In this document: positions 18,710-29,313 of the stretch, piece after piece
Layout: every line of letters starts with the position of its first letter
Position numbering within the stretch: the stretch's first letter is position 1
Assembly: GCA_030530095.1 (NCBI GenBank)
Contig: JAUMVO010000008.1
Coordinates: 1-64,000 of the forward strand
Direction: 5' to 3'
DNA: 64,000 nucleotides
Source: Clostridiaceae bacterium
GTDB lineage: Bacteria > Bacillota > Clostridia > Oscillospirales > Acutalibacteraceae
Program-made: the position numbers and the translations under genes
Notes under the pieces: model-generated
Databases searched by the model: none
Told to the model about the DNA's origin: nothing
Seen by the model: only the letters and a program-made list of their open reading frames with translations

Positions 18710-19464
18710 TTACCAAACGAATTATTCCTTGTCTTGACGTAAAAGACGGTCGTGTGGTCAAGGGCGTTAATTTCGAAGGCCTGGGCGACGTCGCTTCACC
18801 CGTTGAGCTTGCAAAGTTCTATTCACAGTGCGGCGCTGACGAGCTTGTGTTTTATGACATTACGGCATCGGCTGAGGGCAGGGCGTTGTTTACCGATATA
18901 CTTTGCGAAACCGCGAAGCAGGTTTTTATACCGCTGACTGTCGGCGGCGGCATAAACTCCGTTGCCGATTTTGACCGTGTATTAAAATGCGGAGCCGATA
19001 AGGTAAGCGTCAATTCCGGCGCAATACGAAATCCATCGCTTGTGGGCGAGGCTGCAAAGCTTTACGGCGACCAGTGCGTAGTACTTTCGGTCGATATTAA
19101 GCGTGTTAACGGCGTTTTTACCGTCTTTTCAAAGGGCGGCAGAGAGAATACCGGTATGGAGGCTATAGAGTGGATTAAACGCTGCGCAGCCGACGGAGCG
19201 GGCGAGATAGTTGTCAATTCAATAGACACTGACGGTGTAAAGCAGGGCTTTGACCTCGAGATGCTTGAGGCTGTCTGCAATGCCGTATCGGTTCCCGTAA
19301 TAGCTTCGGGCGGTGCGGGTAAGATTGACGATTTTATAACGCTTTTTAAGGCTCTTCCGAAGGTTGATGCGGGACTTGCCGCTTCTATATTCCACTTCGG
19401 CGAGGTACAGATAAGCGACCTGAAAAAGAAAATGGCAGAGAATAACATTCCTGCAAGAATATGA
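18706..19464 (+). CDS. hisF: Imidazole glycerol phosphate synthase, cyclase subunit
   Basis: HisF motifs (IIPCLDV.., SGGAGK). Confidence 0.9.
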   Translation: MITKRIIPCLDVKDGRVVKGVNFEGLGDVASPVELAKFYSQCGADELVFYDITASAEGRALFTDILCETAKQVFIPLTVGGGINSVADFDRVLKCGADKVSVNSGAIRNPSLVGEAAKLYGDQCVVLSVDIKRVNGVFTVFSKGGRENTGMEAIEWIKRCAADGAGEIVVNSIDTDGVKQGFDLEMLEAVCNAVSVPVIASGGAGKIDDFITLFKALPKVDAGLAASIFHFGEVQISDLKKKMAENNIPARI

Positions 19465-19473
19465 GGTAGTATT

Positions 19474-20124
19474 ATGTTGAACATTGAAGATTTGAAATTT
19501 GATGAGAGAGGTCTTATACCCGCAATCGTGGTAAACGCCGCAACCAAAAAGGTGCTTACCCTCGCTTATATGAACAGGGAATCCCTTAAAATCTCAATGG
19601 AAAAGGGTTTGACATGTTTCTGGAGCCGTTCGCGTCAGGAACTTTGGCTCAAAGGCGAAACAAGCGGTAACTATCAGCATATAGTTTCAATAACAGCCGA
19701 CTGCGATAACGACGCACTTGTTGTTGCCGTTAATCCCGACGGCCCTGCCTGCCACACGGGTACGGAATCCTGCTTCACAAAGCCCGTCTGGGAATCCGAT
19801 GAGGCTGAGGAATTCTCGCTTGAAGCGCTGATGAAGCTTATCGAGGGCAGAAAGACAGAAAAGAAGGAAGGCTCATATACAACCTACCTATTTGAAAAGG
19901 GACTCGATAAAATTCTTAAAAAGGTCGGCGAGGAATCGACCGAGGTTATCATAGCTGCCAAGGCGCAGGACAAGGCTGAAACAATCTATGAGATTTCCGA
20001 TCTTGTATATCATGTTATGGTGCTTATGATTGAGGCGGGCATTTCACTCGACGACATCAGCAAAGAGCTCGCTTCCCGTCACGTTATCGACAAAAAAATC
20101 AAGCAGGAAAAAATGACGAAATGA
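19474..20124 (+). CDS. hisIE: Bifunctional phosphoribosyl-AMP cyclohydrolase / phosphoribosyl-ATP pyrophosphatase
   Basis: N-terminal HisI (Cys/His metal site CHTGTESCF); C-terminal HisE MazG-like. Confidence 0.9.
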   Translation: MLNIEDLKFDERGLIPAIVVNAATKKVLTLAYMNRESLKISMEKGLTCFWSRSRQELWLKGETSGNYQHIVSITADCDNDALVVAVNPDGPACHTGTESCFTKPVWESDEAEEFSLEALMKLIEGRKTEKKEGSYTTYLFEKGLDKILKKVGEESTEVIIAAKAQDKAETIYEISDLVYHVMVLMIEAGISLDDISKELASRHVIDKKIKQEKMTK

Positions 20125-20891
20125 TCAGGACTGATTTACACATGCATACCGTTTACTGCGACGGCAAAAACACCGCCGAGGAAATGGTGCGCTCTGCAAT
20201 AGAAAAGGGATTTAACTGTGTCGGGATTTCCGGACACAGTTATACTCATTTTGACGAAAGCTACTGTATGAGCAGGGAGGATACCGAAAGGTACAGGCAT
20301 GATATTTCCTGGCTTAAAAGGAAATATTCCAAAAAGATAAATCTGCTTTGCGGTATTGAGCAGGATTATTATTCCGAAGAGCCGACCGACGGTTACGATT
20401 ATGTTATCGGTTCGGTGCATTATCTTAAAATCGGCGATGAATATATCCCTGTTGACGAGAACGCGGAAATACTCAGGAATGCTGCCAAAAAGCACTTTAA
20501 CGGTGATATTTATAAGCTGTGCGAATTATACTTCGAAACCGTGAGCGATGTTGTGAACAGAACACACTGCAGTATTATAGGGCATTTTGACCTGATAACA
20601 AAGTTTAACGAAAAGGAAAAGCTTTTTGACGAAAGCAATCCGCGTTATGTTGCAGCTTGGAAAAAAGCGCTGGACAAGCTGCTTGGAAGCGGTAAAATCT
20701 TTGAGATTAATACCGGTGCCATTTCAAGGGGATACCGGACATTGCCTTATCCTTCATCGGAGATTATTGATTATATTAAACAAAACGGCGGAAAGCTGAT
20801 TCTTTCAAGCGATGCGCACAGCGCTGAGAACATAGGCTTTGATTTTGATAAATACGAAAAAAATATTGACGATGTGATGCTTGAACTCTGA
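20121..20891 (+). CDS. hisK: PHP-family histidinol-phosphatase
   Basis: PHP domain with HMHT..GISGHS motifs; last gene of the his operon. Confidence 0.7.
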   Translation: MIRTDLHMHTVYCDGKNTAEEMVRSAIEKGFNCVGISGHSYTHFDESYCMSREDTERYRHDISWLKRKYSKKINLLCGIEQDYYSEEPTDGYDYVIGSVHYLKIGDEYIPVDENAEILRNAAKKHFNGDIYKLCELYFETVSDVVNRTHCSIIGHFDLITKFNEKEKLFDESNPRYVAAWKKALDKLLGSGKIFEINTGAISRGYRTLPYPSSEIIDYIKQNGGKLILSSDAHSAENIGFDFDKYEKNIDDVMLEL

Positions 20892-21018
20892 TTTTAAGTT
20901 ATAAATTTACTATAAAAACCGTACTATTCCAAAAAAATAGAATATTTCGACATTTGTTTGGTAGTTTTGCACATTGACCGCAATATATGTTCAATGTTAT
21001 AATGATTGCACAATATAT

Positions 21019-21115
21019 AGTTGTCCTGCGACTGACGGATAATTGTGGAAAAAACCACAGGGAAGCAGGAATTGCGGCGCAAGCCGACCTAAATTTGTCG
21101 ACCGTCTGGGCATAC
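21019..21115 (+). promoter_or_regulatory. ZTP (pfl-motif) riboswitch upstream of the pur operon
   Basis: 5' domain ttgtcctgcGACTGACGG..TGGAAAAAACCACAGGGAAGCAGG and 3' pseudoknot strand CCGACC..ACCGTCTGGGCA match the pfl consensus (GACUGGCG ... CCGACCGCCUGGGCA) with a compensatory GACGG/CCGTC change; a T-run at 21143-21150 fits an expression-platform terminator. Confidence 0.65.
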
Positions 21116-21162
21116 TTGAGCAACAGTCCAAGTGTGTCCATATTTTTTTACGGAGGAACAGT

Positions 21163-21651
21163 ATGAAAAAAGTTGGAATTGTAATGGGAAGCGACTCGGA
21201 TCTCCCCATTGTCAAAAAGGCTACAGATACCCTGAAGAACTTCGGAGTGCCGTTTGAGGTGCACGTCTATTCGGCTCACAGAACTCCCGCCGAAGCAAAG
21301 GAGTTTGCCGAAAACGCGAGAGGAAACGGCTTCGGGGTTATAATTGCAGCTGCCGGTATGGCGGCTCATCTCGCAGGAGCCATTGCGGCGAACACAACAC
21401 TTCCCGTTATAGGCATACCCTGCAAATCTTCAAATCTTGACGGCATGGACGCTCTTCTTTCAACAGTTCAGATGCCTTCCGGTATTCCGGTTGCAACTGT
21501 TGCGATTAACGGAGCAGTCAATGCCGCTTTATTATCTTGTGAGATTCTCGCCCTCGAGGATGAGGAGCTTGCAGATAAGCTTATCGCAAAGCGCAGCGCC
21601 GATGCTGCGGCGGTACTTGGAAAAGACAAAAATATAATCAATCAGATATAA
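21163..21651 (+). CDS. purE: N5-CAIR mutase / AIR carboxylase PurE
   Basis: RBS ggagg; GSDSD and AAHLAG motifs; no purK in this operon. Confidence 0.9.
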   Translation: MKKVGIVMGSDSDLPIVKKATDTLKNFGVPFEVHVYSAHRTPAEAKEFAENARGNGFGVIIAAAGMAAHLAGAIAANTTLPVIGIPCKSSNLDGMDALLSTVQMPSGIPVATVAINGAVNAALLSCEILALEDEELADKLIAKRSADAAAVLGKDKNIINQI

Positions 21652-21663
21652 GGAGAAATTATC

Positions 21664-22374
21664 ATGGAAAAAAGAGCACAGCTTTATGAAGGCAAGGCAA
21701 AAAAGGTTTTTGCAACTGACGACCCCAATCTCGTAATCGTTTCCTATAAGGACGATGCGACCGCACTTGACGGTCTTAAGAAGGGTACAATCAGCGGTAA
21801 GGGCGTTATCAACAACAGAATGTCAAACTTCCTTATGCAGATTCTTGAGCAGAACGGCGTCAAGACACATTTCGTTGAGGAGTTAAACGACAGAGACACC
21901 GTTGTAAGAAAAGTTTCGATAGTTCCTCTTGAGGTTATTATCCGCAATATTTCCGCAGGTTCGTTTGCAAAGCGCTTCGGCGTTGAAGAGGGCATCGTTT
22001 TCGACGAGCCTACAATCGAGTTCTCATACAAGAATGACGATCTTCACGATCCGCTTATGAACGCTTATCACGCTATTGCTCTTAAGCTTGCAACAAAAGA
22101 GGAAATAGACACAATCAAGTCAATGGCTTTCAAGGTTAATGAGGTTCTCAAGGCTTATTTCTTAAAGCTTAACGTAAAGCTTGTTGACTTCAAGCTTGAA
22201 TTCGGCAGACTTGCCGACGGTACTATTGTTCTTGCCGACGAGATTTCTCCCGACACCTGCCGTTTCTGGGATGCCGAAACAAACGAGAAGCTCGACAAGG
22301 ACCGCTTCCGCAGAGATATGGGCGGAGTTGAGGACGCATACAACGAAATGATGCGCAGAGTTTTCGGCGAATAA
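21664..22374 (+). CDS. purC: SAICAR synthetase
   Basis: Conserved PurC N-terminus LYEGKAKKV. Confidence 0.9.
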   Translation: MEKRAQLYEGKAKKVFATDDPNLVIVSYKDDATALDGLKKGTISGKGVINNRMSNFLMQILEQNGVKTHFVEELNDRDTVVRKVSIVPLEVIIRNISAGSFAKRFGVEEGIVFDEPTIEFSYKNDDLHDPLMNAYHAIALKLATKEEIDTIKSMAFKVNEVLKAYFLKLNVKLVDFKLEFGRLADGTIVLADEISPDTCRFWDAETNEKLDKDRFRRDMGGVEDAYNEMMRRVFGE

Positions 22375-22402
22375 AAAATCTTAACTGAAAGGAAAAAACA
22401 CA

Positions 22403-23827
22403 ATGGGCGGTTTTTTCGGAATAACTTCTAAAAATGAATGCTTGATGGATTTGTTCTTCGGTGTTGACTACCATTCCCACCTCGGAACAAGACGCGGAGG
22501 CCTTGCCGTTTACGATAAGGAGATAGGCCTTCAGAGAAAAATCCACAATATTGAAAACGCTCCGTTCCGTACCAAGTTTGAAAAGATTTATAACGAAATG
22601 AGCGGTACGTCGGGAATAGGCTGTATCAGCGATACCGACCCACAGCCGCTGCTTATACGTTCAAATCTCGGAACATACGCTATCTGTATGATAGGCATTA
22701 TCAATAACTCGCAGCAGCTTATTGACCAGTATCTTTCGTTTTCGGGCGGACACTTCGACGCCATGACGGGCGGGAAGGTTAATTCAACCGAACTGCTGTC
22801 GGCGCTTATCAATCAGAAAAGCGATTTTGCCGAGGGCATAAGCTTCGCACAAAAGCAGATAGTCGGAACAGCTTCGATTCTGATATTAAAGGACGACGGA
22901 ACAATAATTGCCGCCAGAGATAAGGTCGGCAGACTTCCGGTAAGTATCGGTAAGGCGGATGACGGTTTTGCCGTTTCCTTTGAGTCTTTTGCTTACCAGA
23001 AATTAGGCTATGAGGATTATAAAGAGCTCGGACCAGGCGAAATTGTTGAGATAACTCCCGACAAGGTAACTCAGCTTAAGGCTCCCGGAAAGAAGATGAG
23101 AATCTGCTCTTTCTTATGGTCTTATTACGGATATCCGACCTCGACCTACGAAGGCGTAAACGTCGAGGCAATGCGTTACCGTAACGGAATTATAATGGCG
23201 GAGAACGACGCCGGAAACGAAGAACTGAAATCCATCGATTATGTCGGCGGTGTTCCGGATTCGGGCACTCCTCACGCGATAGGATATGCCAACAAGAGCG
23301 GTATTCACTTCGCAAGGGCGTTTATCAAATATACGCCCACCTGGTCAAGAAGCTTTATGCCGACCGACCAATCGGACAGAAACAAGATAGCGAAGATGAA
23401 GCAGATTCCCGTATTTGACCTTATCAAGGGCAAAAACCTGCTTTTCGTTGACGATTCGATAGTCAGAGGCACTCAGCTTCGCGAAACCGTTGAATTCCTT
23501 TATGAAAATGGTGCTGCAAGCGTTCATATGCGTTCCGCATGTCCTCCGATTATGTACGGCTGTAAGTTTCTTAACTTCTCGAGAGCGACAAGCGAGATGG
23601 AACTGATTGCAAGACGTGTTATTCTTGAAAACGAGGGCGAGGAAGGCTTTAAGCACATTGACGAGTACGCCGACGCTTCAACCGAGAGGGGAAAGGCGCT
23701 TCGCAGGATTATATGCGAAAAGCTCAATTTTGCTTCGCTTGAATTTCAGTCGCTTGACGGCATTATCAAGGCTATAGGACTTGATCCCGATTGTCTCTGT
23801 ACTTATTGCTGGAACGGAAAGGAATAA
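22403..23827 (+). CDS. purF: Amidophosphoribosyltransferase
   Basis: N-terminal catalytic Cys after Met (MGGFFGI..C); PRTase domain; C-terminal Cys cluster for a 4Fe-4S site. Confidence 0.85.
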   Translation: MGGFFGITSKNECLMDLFFGVDYHSHLGTRRGGLAVYDKEIGLQRKIHNIENAPFRTKFEKIYNEMSGTSGIGCISDTDPQPLLIRSNLGTYAICMIGIINNSQQLIDQYLSFSGGHFDAMTGGKVNSTELLSALINQKSDFAEGISFAQKQIVGTASILILKDDGTIIAARDKVGRLPVSIGKADDGFAVSFESFAYQKLGYEDYKELGPGEIVEITPDKVTQLKAPGKKMRICSFLWSYYGYPTSTYEGVNVEAMRYRNGIIMAENDAGNEELKSIDYVGGVPDSGTPHAIGYANKSGIHFARAFIKYTPTWSRSFMPTDQSDRNKIAKMKQIPVFDLIKGKNLLFVDDSIVRGTQLRETVEFLYENGAASVHMRSACPPIMYGCKFLNFSRATSEMELIARRVILENEGEEGFKHIDEYADASTERGKALRRIICEKLNFASLEFQSLDGIIKAIGLDPDCLCTYCWNGKE

Positions 23828-23830
23828 GAT

Positions 23831-24874
23831 ATGATTACAAATTCTAAATCAGACGCTTATGCGGCGGCAGGCGTAGATATTACCGCAGGCTATAAGGCGG
23901 TAGAGCTTATGAAGCAGCATATCGCCAGAACCATGACCTCGGGCGTCTGCTCGGATGTCGGCGGCTTCGGCGGTCTGTTTGAGCTTGATATGACAGGCAT
24001 AACAAAGCCCGTTCTTGTAAGCGGAACCGACGGTGTCGGAACCAAGCTTCGTCTTGCGTTTCTTATGGACAAGCACGATACGGTCGGCATTGACTGCGTG
24101 GCAATGTGTGTTAACGATATAATCTGCTGTGGCGCTAAACCGCTGTTTTTCCTCGATTATATTGCATGCGGAAAGAATGTTCCCGAGAGAATTGCCGATA
24201 TCGTCAAGGGTGTTGCCGAAGGCTGTGTTCAGGCCGGTGCCGCACTTATCGGCGGCGAAACTGCCGAGATGCCCGGTTTCTATCCCGTTGACGAATATGA
24301 CCTCGCGGGTTATAGCACCGGCGTTGTCGATAAGGATAAGATAATTGATAACAAGACTATGAGAGAGGGAGACGTTGTTATCGCTCTGGCTTCAAGCGGC
24401 GTTCATTCAAACGGTTTCTCGCTTGTCAGAAAGGTCTTTGATGTTGAAAATACCGATATCAAAGCGCCGATTGCACAGCTCGGCGGCAAGTCAATAGGCG
24501 AAACTCTTTTAACTCCTACTAAAATATACGTTAAACCCGTGCTTGCACTTCTTGACGAAGTTAAGGTTAAGGGCATTTCGCACATAACGGGCGGCGGCTT
24601 CTACGAAAATATACCGAGAAGCATTCCCGAGGGTTTGGGCGCAAGAATTTATAAGGAATCTGTTAAGATTCTGCCTATATTCAAACTGATTGCCGAGTAC
24701 GGCAGTATTTCGGAACACGATATGTTCAACACCTTTAATATGGGCGTTGGTATGAGCATAGTTGTCGCTCCCGAAAATGTTGACAGAGCGCTTGAAATCT
24801 TAAAGGCTAACGGTGAGGACGCTTACGTTATCGGCGAGATTATAAAAAGTGAGGAGAAGATAACGATATGCTGA
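23831..24874 (+). CDS. purM: AIR synthetase
   Basis: PurM-family motifs ([19 protein letters not shown]). Confidence 0.9.
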   Translation: MITNSKSDAYAAAGVDITAGYKAVELMKQHIARTMTSGVCSDVGGFGGLFELDMTGITKPVLVSGTDGVGTKLRLAFLMDKHDTVGIDCVAMCVNDIICCGAKPLFFLDYIACGKNVPERIADIVKGVAEGCVQAGAALIGGETAEMPGFYPVDEYDLAGYSTGVVDKDKIIDNKTMREGDVVIALASSGVHSNGFSLVRKVFDVENTDIKAPIAQLGGKSIGETLLTPTKIYVKPVLALLDEVKVKGISHITGGGFYENIPRSIPEGLGARIYKESVKILPIFKLIAEYGSISEHDMFNTFNMGVGMSIVVAPENVDRALEILKANGEDAYVIGEIIKSEEKITIC

Positions 24875-25473
24875 GTAAAATATCTTCCGGTATCTGTGCC
24901 GGCATACTTATTTCAATAGGCGGTTCGGTTTTTCTTGCGTGCGACAATAAATATGTAGGAGCGGTAATGTTCAGCGTTGCGCTTCTGTGCATCTGCATCA
25001 AGGGCTATTCGCTCTATACGGGCAAAATAGGATTCATTCCCGAAAAGCACGATAAGGAAGCTTTTTCGGTGCTTCTTTTAGGTCTGCTCGGAAATCTCAT
25101 AGGAACTGTCGTCTGCGGCTACGCTATTCGTTATGCGCTTCCGGCTCTCGGCGATACAGCTGAAAAGATTTGTACACTGAAGCTTGAACAGGCTTTACCC
25201 CAGACTCTTCTGCGCGGACTTTTCTGCGGAGTGCTTATGTACCTTGCGGTCAGCATTTTCCGCGACAAGCAGAAGGTTATCGGCATTCTGTTTTGCATAC
25301 CCGTGTTTATTCTTGCGGGCTTCGAGCACTCGATAGCCGATATGTTCTACTTTGCGGCATCTGGTATTGTAAGCCTTGAAGCATTCGTATTTATTCTTAT
25401 GGTAATTCTCGGCAACTCTGTGGGCGGTATGCTTTTACCCGTACTTATGGGCGTCAAGAAGGAGAAAAAATAA
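24868..25473 (+). CDS. Short formate/nitrite transporter (FNT)-family channel protein embedded in the pur operon
   Basis: FNT signature [12 protein letters not shown] (compare Foc[11 protein letters not shown]) and [12 protein letters not shown]; about 5-6 TM segments in 201 aa. Confidence 0.5.
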   Translation: MLSKISSGICAGILISIGGSVFLACDNKYVGAVMFSVALLCICIKGYSLYTGKIGFIPEKHDKEAFSVLLLGLLGNLIGTVVCGYAIRYALPALGDTAEKICTLKLEQALPQTLLRGLFCGVLMYLAVSIFRDKQKVIGILFCIPVFILAGFEHSIADMFYFAASGIVSLEAFVFILMVILGNSVGGMLLPVLMGVKKEKK

Positions 25474-25476
25474 GAA

Positions 25477-26082
25477 ATGAATAAGGCAAAAATTTGTGTT
25501 CTCGTTTCAGGCGGCGGAACTAATCTTCAGGCGCTTATTGACGCTCAGAAAAGCGGAATAATAAAAAGCGGTGAAATTGCACTTGTAATATCAAATAAGG
25601 CTGACGCCTACGCTCTTGAAAGAGCAAGGCAAAACGGTATTGAGGCTCTCGTTATAAGCAATAAGGCTTACGAAACGAGAAAGGACTTCGAAACCGAGCT
25701 TATTAAGGAAATTGATTCGAGAGGTATCGACATAATAGTTCTTGCGGGCTTTATGTGCATACTCACGGAAAAATTCACTTCTCATTATCCGAGAAGGATA
25801 ATAAACGTTCACCCTGCGCTGATACCTTCCTTCTGCGGCGAAGGCTTCTATGGACTTAAAGTTCACGAGGCGGCTCTTAAGAAGGGCGTCAAGGTTACGG
25901 GCGCAACGGTACACTACGTCAACGAAATTCCCGACGGCGGCGAAATCATAATGCAGAAGGCCGTCGAGGTGCTTGACGGCGACACGCCCGAAGTTTTACA
26001 GCGGCGTGTAATGGAGCAGGCGGAATGGATTATACTTCCTGCTTCTGTTGAAAAAGCGGCAAATGAAATTATCAATAAATAA
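25477..26082 (+). CDS. purN: GAR transformylase
   Basis: Formyl-transferase N-domain; INVHPALIPSFCG with catalytic His/Asp. Confidence 0.9.
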   Translation: MNKAKICVLVSGGGTNLQALIDAQKSGIIKSGEIALVISNKADAYALERARQNGIEALVISNKAYETRKDFETELIKEIDSRGIDIIVLAGFMCILTEKFTSHYPRRIINVHPALIPSFCGEGFYGLKVHEAALKKGVKVTGATVHYVNEIPDGGEIIMQKAVEVLDGDTPEVLQRRVMEQAEWIILPASVEKAANEIINK

Positions 26083-26098
26083 CGAAAGGGCGTAAATT

Positions 26099-26815
26099 AT
26101 GGAAGTTAAAAATCTCAAAGCGGAGCTTAATTCTCTCGATTACCACGGCAGAGGCATAATGCTCGGCAAAAGTGCAGACGGCAAAAAGGTGGTTGCTATC
26201 TACTTTATAATGGGCAGAAGCGAAAACAGCCGTAACAGAGTATTCGTCGAGGACGGCGAGGGCATCCGCACTCAGGCGTTTGACGAGTCAAAGATGGTTG
26301 ACCCCCATCTTATTATCTATGCTCCCGTAAGAGTACTCGGAAACAAGACCATAGTTACCAACGGCGACCAGACCGACACCATTTATGAGCTTATGGACAG
26401 ACAGATGACCTTTGAGCAGGCTCTTCGCACGAGAGAGTTTGAGGACGACGCTCCCAATTTCACGCCCAGAATTTCGGGTATTATCCGTCTTGACGGCGGC
26501 GATATGAATTACGCTCTGTCAATACTCAAATCAGCCGACGGCAACCCCGATTCATGCGAGAGATTTACCTATGCTTATTCGAATCCTCTTGCGGGCAAGG
26601 CAAAGTTTATTCACACCTACAAGGCGGCGGGTAATCCGCTTCCGAGCTTTGAGGGCGAGCCCAAGACGGTTGAGCTTCCCGACCTTGATATCGACGCCAT
26701 GACTCAGCTTGTATGGGAAAACCTCAACGCTGACAACAAGGTTTCGCTCTTCGTAAGATTCATTGACGTTGAAACCGGCAAATACGAAACAAGAATAGTT
26801 AATAAGAATAAGTAA
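26099..26815 (+). CDS. purO: PurO-type (archaeal-like) IMP cyclohydrolase
   Basis: About 238 aa; similar to the PurO IMP cyclohydrolase family; sits immediately before an AICAR-transformylase-only purH. Confidence 0.55.
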   Translation: MEVKNLKAELNSLDYHGRGIMLGKSADGKKVVAIYFIMGRSENSRNRVFVEDGEGIRTQAFDESKMVDPHLIIYAPVRVLGNKTIVTNGDQTDTIYELMDRQMTFEQALRTREFEDDAPNFTPRISGIIRLDGGDMNYALSILKSADGNPDSCERFTYAYSNPLAGKAKFIHTYKAAGNPLPSFEGEPKTVELPDLDIDAMTQLVWENLNADNKVSLFVRFIDVETGKYETRIVNKNK

Positions 26816-26834
26816 TCAATAAGGAGTAACTAAT

Positions 26835-28019
26835 ATGAAAGAATTTGAACTTAAATATGGCTGCAATCCCAATCAGAAGCCCTCAAAAATCTATATGAGA
26901 GACGGCAGCGACCTGCCGATTGAAATCCTTTCGGGCAGACCCGGTTATATCAACTTCCTTGACGCTTTCAACTCATGGCAGCTCGTCAAAGAGTTAAAGG
27001 AAGCTCTCGGACTTCCCGCAGTTACCTCCTTCAAGCACGTAAGCCCGACCTCTGCTGCGGTAGGCATCAGGCTTTCCGACAAGCTTAAAAAGGCATGCTT
27101 CGTTGACGACATCGAAGGTCTTGACGACTCTCCGCTTGCATGCGCTTATGCAAGAGCGAGAGGCACCGACCGTATGTGCTCCTTCGGTGACTGGGTTGCG
27201 CTTTCCGACGTTTGCGACGTAACGACCGCTCAGCTTATCAAGCGTGAGGTTTCCGACGGCGTTATCGCTCCCGGCTATGAGCCTGAGGCTCTTGAAATAC
27301 TCAAGTCCAAGAGAAAGGGCAATTATAATATAGTTAAGATTGACCCGAATTACGTTCCCGAGGAGCAGGAAACAAAGCAGGTTTTCGGCATTACCTTCGA
27401 GCAGGGCAGAAACAACTTCAAAATCAACCGTGAGCTTCTCTCAAACGTTGTTACCGCCAATAAGGAATTGCCCGACAGCGCAATCCGTGACCTTATAATT
27501 TCGCTTATTACACTTAAATATACTCAGTCTAACTCCGTCTGCTTCGCAGTTGACGGACAGGCTATCGGCGTAGGCGCAGGTCAGCAGTCGAGAATTCACT
27601 GCACACGTCTTGCAGGCTCAAAGGCCGACACTTGGTTCCTGCGTCAGGCTGACAAGGTTCTCAACCTTCCCTTCAGAGAGGATATCGGCAGACCCGAGAG
27701 AGACAACGTTATCGACGGTTATATCAACCAGAACGAAGAGGACGTCTGCGCTGACGGCAACTGGCAGAAATACTTTACCGTTCAGCCTGCGCCGTTTACA
27801 CGAGAAGAGCAGAGAGCCTATCTTGACACCTGCGACGGCGTTGCGCTCGGCTCGGACGCTTTCTTCCCCTTCGGCGACAACATTGAGAGAGCCTATAAGA
27901 GCGGCGTTAAGTACATCGCAGAGCCGGGCGGCTCAATCCGTGACGACCTTGTAATTGAGACCTGCGACAAGTACGGTATCGCTATGGCGTTTACGGGAAT
28001 GAGACTTTTCCACCATTAA
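26835..28019 (+). CDS. purH: AICAR transformylase (PurH C-terminal domain only, no MGS-like IMP cyclohydrolase domain)
   Basis: 394 aa; conserved AICARFT motif KYTQSNSV; lacks the N-terminal ~200-aa IMPCH domain. Confidence 0.75.
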   Translation: MKEFELKYGCNPNQKPSKIYMRDGSDLPIEILSGRPGYINFLDAFNSWQLVKELKEALGLPAVTSFKHVSPTSAAVGIRLSDKLKKACFVDDIEGLDDSPLACAYARARGTDRMCSFGDWVALSDVCDVTTAQLIKREVSDGVIAPGYEPEALEILKSKRKGNYNIVKIDPNYVPEEQETKQVFGITFEQGRNNFKINRELLSNVVTANKELPDSAIRDLIISLITLKYTQSNSVCFAVDGQAIGVGAGQQSRIHCTRLAGSKADTWFLRQADKVLNLPFREDIGRPERDNVIDGYINQNEEDVCADGNWQKYFTVQPAPFTREEQRAYLDTCDGVALGSDAFFPFGDNIERAYKSGVKYIAEPGGSIRDDLVIETCDKYGIAMAFTGMRLFHH

Positions 28020-28037
28020 TTCAGAGGACAGTTTACT

Positions 28038-29306
28038 ATGAAATTACTTGTTGTAGGCGGCGGCGGACGCGAGCATGCCATTATCAGCAAATTAAAAGAG
28101 AATAAGAAAGTTGAGAAAATTTTCGCGCTTCCCGGAAACGGCGGTATCGCAAAGGATGCCGAATGCGTGAATATTTCTGCGACGGACATTGACTCAATAG
28201 TTAAGTTTGCGGTTGACAGCGGCATTGATTATGCCGTTGTCGCCCCCGACGATCCGCTTGTACTCGGCTGCGTCGACGAGCTTGAAGCAAAGGGAATCCC
28301 GTGCTTCGGCCCGAAAAAGAATGCGGCTATAATTGAGGGCAGTAAGGTCTTTTCAAAGAATCTCATGAAAAAATACGGTATTCCCACCGCAGAGTATGAG
28401 GTCTTTGACGACTCCGAAAAGGCGCTTGAATACGTAAAAACGGCGCCGATTCCGACCGTTATCAAGGCTGACGGACTTGCTCTGGGCAAGGGCGTAATAA
28501 TCGCCCAGACGAGAGAGGAAGCCGAAAATGCCGTTAAGTCGATTATGAACGATAAGCAGTTCGGAAAGTCAGGCGATAAGATTGTAATTGAGGAATTCCT
28601 TACGGGACCCGAGGTTTCAGTGCTTTCGTTTACCGACGGAAAGACCGTCGTACCCATGGTTTCTTCAATGGATCACAAGAGAGCAGGGGACAACGACACG
28701 GGCCTCAATACCGGAGGAATGGGTACTATAGCTCCCAATCCTTATTACACAAAGGCTGTTGCCGACGAGTGCATGGAAAAGATTTTCCTGCCTACAATCA
28801 AGGCGATGAACGCCGAGGGAAGAACCTTCAAGGGCTGTCTGTATTTCGGGCTTATGATTACCGAAAACGGCCCGAAGGTCATTGAATACAACTGCCGTTT
28901 CGGCGATCCCGAAACTCAGGTTGTTCTTCCTCTGCTCGAAAGCGATTTGCTTGACGTTATGACTGCCGTTACCGAGGAAAGACTTTCCGATATCGAGGTT
29001 AAGTTCAGAAATGAGTCAGCTGCCTGCGTTGTAATGGCTTCAAAGGGTTATCCCGTAAAGTATGATAAAGGCTTTGAAATCACGATTCCCGAAAATCTTG
29101 AGGCTAAGGTTTTCGTTGCTGGCGCAAAGCTTGAAAACGGTAAATTGCTCACTTCCGGCGGCCGTGTTTTAGGCGTAACGGCAACCGCCGGCACGCTGAA
29201 AAATGCAATTGATAAAGCCTACAACGAGGTAAAGAAGATACATTTTGACAACGCCTTCTTCAGAAGCGACATCGGCGCAAGAGCCCTGAAGGCATTGGAG
29301 GAATAA
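28038..29306 (+). CDS. purD: GAR synthetase
   Basis: ATP-grasp; N-terminus MKLLVVGGGGREHAI. Confidence 0.9.
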   Translation: MKLLVVGGGGREHAIISKLKENKKVEKIFALPGNGGIAKDAECVNISATDIDSIVKFAVDSGIDYAVVAPDDPLVLGCVDELEAKGIPCFGPKKNAAIIEGSKVFSKNLMKKYGIPTAEYEVFDDSEKALEYVKTAPIPTVIKADGLALGKGVIIAQTREEAENAVKSIMNDKQFGKSGDKIVIEEFLTGPEVSVLSFTDGKTVVPMVSSMDHKRAGDNDTGLNTGGMGTIAPNPYYTKAVADECMEKIFLPTIKAMNAEGRTFKGCLYFGLMITENGPKVIEYNCRFGDPETQVVLPLLESDLLDVMTAVTEERLSDIEVKFRNESAACVVMASKGYPVKYDKGFEITIPENLEAKVFVAGAKLENGKLLTSGGRVLGVTATAGTLKNAIDKAYNEVKKIHFDNAFFRSDIGARALKALEE

Positions 29307-29313
29307 AACATTT

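Noticed and set aside
20900-21162. Possible purine (guanine/adenine) riboswitch upstream of purE
   Set aside because: No match to the purine aptamer core; the leader instead matches the ZTP/pfl motif including the pseudoknot
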